Shown piece by piece: positions 60,417-64,000 of a DNA stretch of 64,000 nt (positions within the stretch are counted from its first letter, which is position 1; every line of letters begins with the position of its first letter). The position numbers and the translations under genes are program-made. Source of the DNA: Macrostomum lignano (lineage: Eukaryota); contig NIVC01000854.1 of the NCBI GenBank assembly GCA_002269645.1, forward strand, positions 365,183 to 429,182, given 5' to 3'. The notes beneath the pieces were generated by a model that made no database searches, was not told the origin of the DNA, and was given only the letters and a program-made list of their open reading frames with translations.

Positions 60417-62189
60417 GTAAATTTTTTGTCTTTTCTGTTTTTGTCATTCTTGTCAGCTGTACTTTTAGATAAAACTGGGATGGTACATTTATGGTAGTTG
60501 AGAAGGAGAAGAAATCGAGGTAAGTGTTTTTAACTGTAAGTCGATTTAATATTTTCATGATGATGTTGGTTTTCTGCTCTTGACATGACAGTTACACTTT
60601 GTACGCGTAGTTTTGAATAGAGGTATTACGGATGTATCAATATTATTGGAGTTAATATTTTAAATATAACAGGCCACTGTTACAAAATGCAACGATGATT
60701 TCACTTTGCAAAAATTGAATCCTGATTGTAAAATAATGAGACACGGCTTTGCTCATCATGAGTAGTCTTTTGCCTTATAATCGATTCATAGCAACTTAAA
60801 AAACATGCAGTCGATAGGTCATAAAAATGATACCAGCGTCACACAGACTTGGGCGAGAACATTGACAGCATCGTCGACTTGTCTGCGACGCCAGAATCAG
60901 CGAGCAGGCAGCTGACGAAGCGCCAAATACGCGCCTGCCATCGCTGGTAGGGCGCCTGCCGCCTCAGCAGAAGCACCTTCTGCGCAGGCGGTGAGCAGTG
61001 AGGCTGGGCACGGATGAAGTGGCCTGCCAGCTGTAGTCACCAACGGCGCAACAAGTCAAGGGACCAGGCCTGTTTGTCAAGTGCCGCATTGGTGAGTCGC
61101 TCGTCGCCAGTCTTGAAGGCGTCGTGCAGCTGGTCCAGCGTGAGTTGCGTCAGCATGTTGTTCGAGCGTATGTGCAATATGCACATGTAAACTTAGAGAT
61201 TTATGTAAGTAGTTGTACATATAAGATAAAAATGCTACAATTAGGGATGAGATGAAATGCAAATTTCAGAGGATTACAAAGGTACGGAAGATTGAAAAAG
61301 AATAAAATTACACTACGCTGGATAATCATGAATGTTTAGTGTAATTTCAATAAATTAACCAATCACTTACTTGAATTTTCAAAAGCTTAATCTTGGGTGG
61401 GGGCAGCTGCAGAATTTCATGTAAATCCCGGTAAAGTGGCTCGCTTAGCAAGTAAAATAAAGAGAAAGCCAAAAATTAACATGTAGGTTGTTACGACGCG
61501 TTTCGCACACCAAGGTGCACCACACCGTCAGACATATTGTTTGAAACGAGAGAAAGTTGTGAATAAAGCGAATTTATAAATTATTTGACAATGTAACTAA
61601 TGTAGCTAGTGAGTAAATGTTTCGTATGTAGCTACAAAGAAATTGGAGGTTGATAGGGAAGGGCGAAGACCAATGAGCAGAAAACAAACTGTAATTGAAT
61701 GTGCACTGGTACGAGCTAAAATCTTTTTGCTGCTTTCATTTTCTGTTTCAGATATGGTAGCTTCACAAACATGTGCAAACCCTCCAGGGGCAAATATTAA
61801 CTCCACAAGAAACATTTGATATCCAAAATCTTTGCTTTTCTGCTGCAAATCAATGAAAAAGAGCACCATAAATTAACGAAAGTAAAATTAGCAGTACGCT
61901 AGCAAGCATTGTGGGAAGTCCTGCAGACAATGGCTTGAGAATAGGCAGTGCGTTCTGGTTTCTGAATAAAATACAGTAAATACAGTGCACAGTACAATGT
62001 ACGTGCATATGAACGATAATGTTCTTCCAGCGTCTCTGAATACGAGGCACTACCTTGAGCACCGCGGAAAATAGTAGTGATGTGTGCAGGTCGCATTTGT
62101 AGGAACTAATTTTGATGTAGGACCCGATAGAAATCGTTTTAAATAATACTGATACAATGTATATTTTAGACTGTACGTCGTAACTCTGC

Positions 62190-62737
62190 GGGTCCATGAG
62201 ATTTGCCCGCCGAGATTTGCCCGCCGAGAATTGCCCGCTGAGATTTGCCCCGCCGAGTTTTTTCCCGCAGAGGTTTGCTTTTTTCCTGCAGCGCATTTGG
62301 CAGCTACGAGCGTAGATTCTGTCTGCGCTGCCCCCACCCCTCCCAAAAAATATGTATTTAATACGAGCTATGCAGTTACTATCAAAACGTTTTGATCGGG
62401 AATACATGTACCTCTTTATTAAAAGCATTAAAAGCTTTAGTAAGCATTGGGGAGGCAATGCAGACAAAATCTGCCGCGTGGCCAAATGCGCTGCAGGAAA
62501 AAAGCATTGCGGGCGAACCTCGGCGGGAAATTCTCGGCGGAAATTCTCGGCGGGCAATTCTCGGCGGGCAATTCTCGGCGGGAAATTCTCGGCGGGCAAT
62601 TCTCGGCGGGCAATTCTCGGCGGGCAATTCTCGGCGGGCAATTCTCGCGGGCAATTCTCGGCGGGCAATTCTCGCGGGCAATTCTCGGCGGGCAATTCTC
62701 GGCGCGGCAATTCTCGGCGGGCAATTCTCATGCTCCC
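62190..62737. mobile_element. Foldback/MITE-like palindromic element with 14-bp tandem subrepeats in its arms
   Basis: catgagatttgcccgccgag (from 62195) is inverted against ctcggcgggcaattctcatg (to 62732); AATTCTCGGCGGGC arrays; the inner arms also pair (ttttcctgcagcgcatttggc / gccaaatgcgctgcaggaaaa). Confidence 0.75.
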
Positions 62738-64000
62738 AATTAGTTTCGCAAATGTGATAAGGTAGTACTTTTCATACTCATGCTTTCTGTTTGGGTACTA
62801 CCGAGAGGTACTACCGAATAAAATCACTATATACTAGCTAAATAAAGACTTTATTGTACATGGTTTTTACTCGTATAACAATCGGCCTCCCAAATAATAA
62901 CAAATCAAGAAATTTACAATAAAAAATGTCTGCAACGATTCCTGTCAACGTTGGCCAAATAAACGTCATTACAAATCCATGCGGATTATCGGACCAGGGC
63001 TGCTGTTGGTGAGTTACAATTCATCGTTTAGGTTACAATATGCCAGAAGGGTCACATCAGTCATGAATTTATATCAATCATGGCATTAGCTCGTACATCA
63101 GCAAGAGTCATATCAGTCAGTTTCAGTTTGTCATGGCGTCAAATCAGTCGGTACATCACATCAGTGATAGATCACAGCATGGGTGGATCCGATCAGTGGT
63201 AGATAAAATCAGTGGTGGGTCATATAATTCATGAGATCATATTATTGATTTATGAGTTAGAAAGTCAAGCCAGAATCAGAAGGTCAAGCAGATGACACCA
63301 GCTTCTAATTTCTGTTTGACCCATATAAAACCTCTAACTAACCTGCTTTTTCCTTATATTTGCTTAACAGCTGTGTTATCCTGCGTCAACCAGGGTCGGG
63401 TCCGAAATCGGGAATTCCTGATGCTCAAGGTCGGCAAGTGGCAACTACACTCGACAAAGTCCATCTGCAACTGAAGCAATTGAAGTTATCTTCGATTGAA
63501 ATTGATATTATGAATCAAGTGCAGAGGACGCATTTTTTTTCCAAATCTCACGCTTCGTACATGGATTCCAAACTTGTTAGCCTACTATCAGCAGGCTATG
63601 GGTTTTTTTTTATATGTAATTTTCCCAGAATTCATTCTACTTGTAGTCATTATACCTCCTAACATAGGCGCGGTTTTTGCTACTTTTAGGGTCATAAATC
63701 ATGGCTTGTGAGCATGCCTGACAGCCACCTGCGCCTTACTTTTAGTGTTGAGGCTGGCGCCAGATGGTCTGTGGGATGCGGGCGGTTGGCTTTTTTCTCA
63801 CCACCATTTTTGACAGGCTATCCAGATTTATGAGGTAGGGCCTATTGTTATTGTTCACTCAAGCGTTTGACAGCTCTGACAGCTTTACCCCTTTTTACCC
63901 CTAAAAGTACTTTGGGATTTAGCGATTAGCGATTTTCTTAACCATTCACTTTCAACTCAATAAGACCTTTCTAATGCATATTTTTTCATTAATTTTTTTG

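Noticed and set aside
61850-62765. 293-aa minus ORF and overlapping Arg/Gly-rich ORFs
   Set aside because: Built from the 14-bp subrepeats of the foldback element.

Overview
Eukaryotic (animal, invertebrate-type) genomic DNA with GC-rich exons, GT-AG introns and very repeat-rich introns. The style resembles a free-living flatworm such as Macrostomum; this is inference only. Reconstructed by hand: (1) an intronless rhodopsin-family GPCR (546-1775 +); (2) three paralogs of one 8-exon gene encoding signal peptide + two degenerate C-type-lectin-like domains + eight sushi/CCP modules (A 9140-15158 +, B 21356-16607 -, C 55635-60416 +). Their lectin-like heads are strongly diverged, their CCP stalks are about 97% identical, their introns are mosaic, and no terminal exon is visible. 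C carries three 1-nt deletions; (3) a 12-exon classical calpain (28795-52980 +, 721 aa, intact Cys/His/Asn triad) whose introns are inflated by a 16-bp satellite, a hAT-like element carrying a 20/21-bp satellite, a 2.2-kb solo LTR and a head-to-tail pair of non-autonomous Helitrons; (4) a tRNA-Leu-primed LTR interrupted by a TIR element that contains a 1.55-kb CpG-free tract. Most long ORFs in the track are satellite or antisense artefacts. The best candidate for an undescribed system is the variable-head/homogenised-stalk lectin-CCP family.
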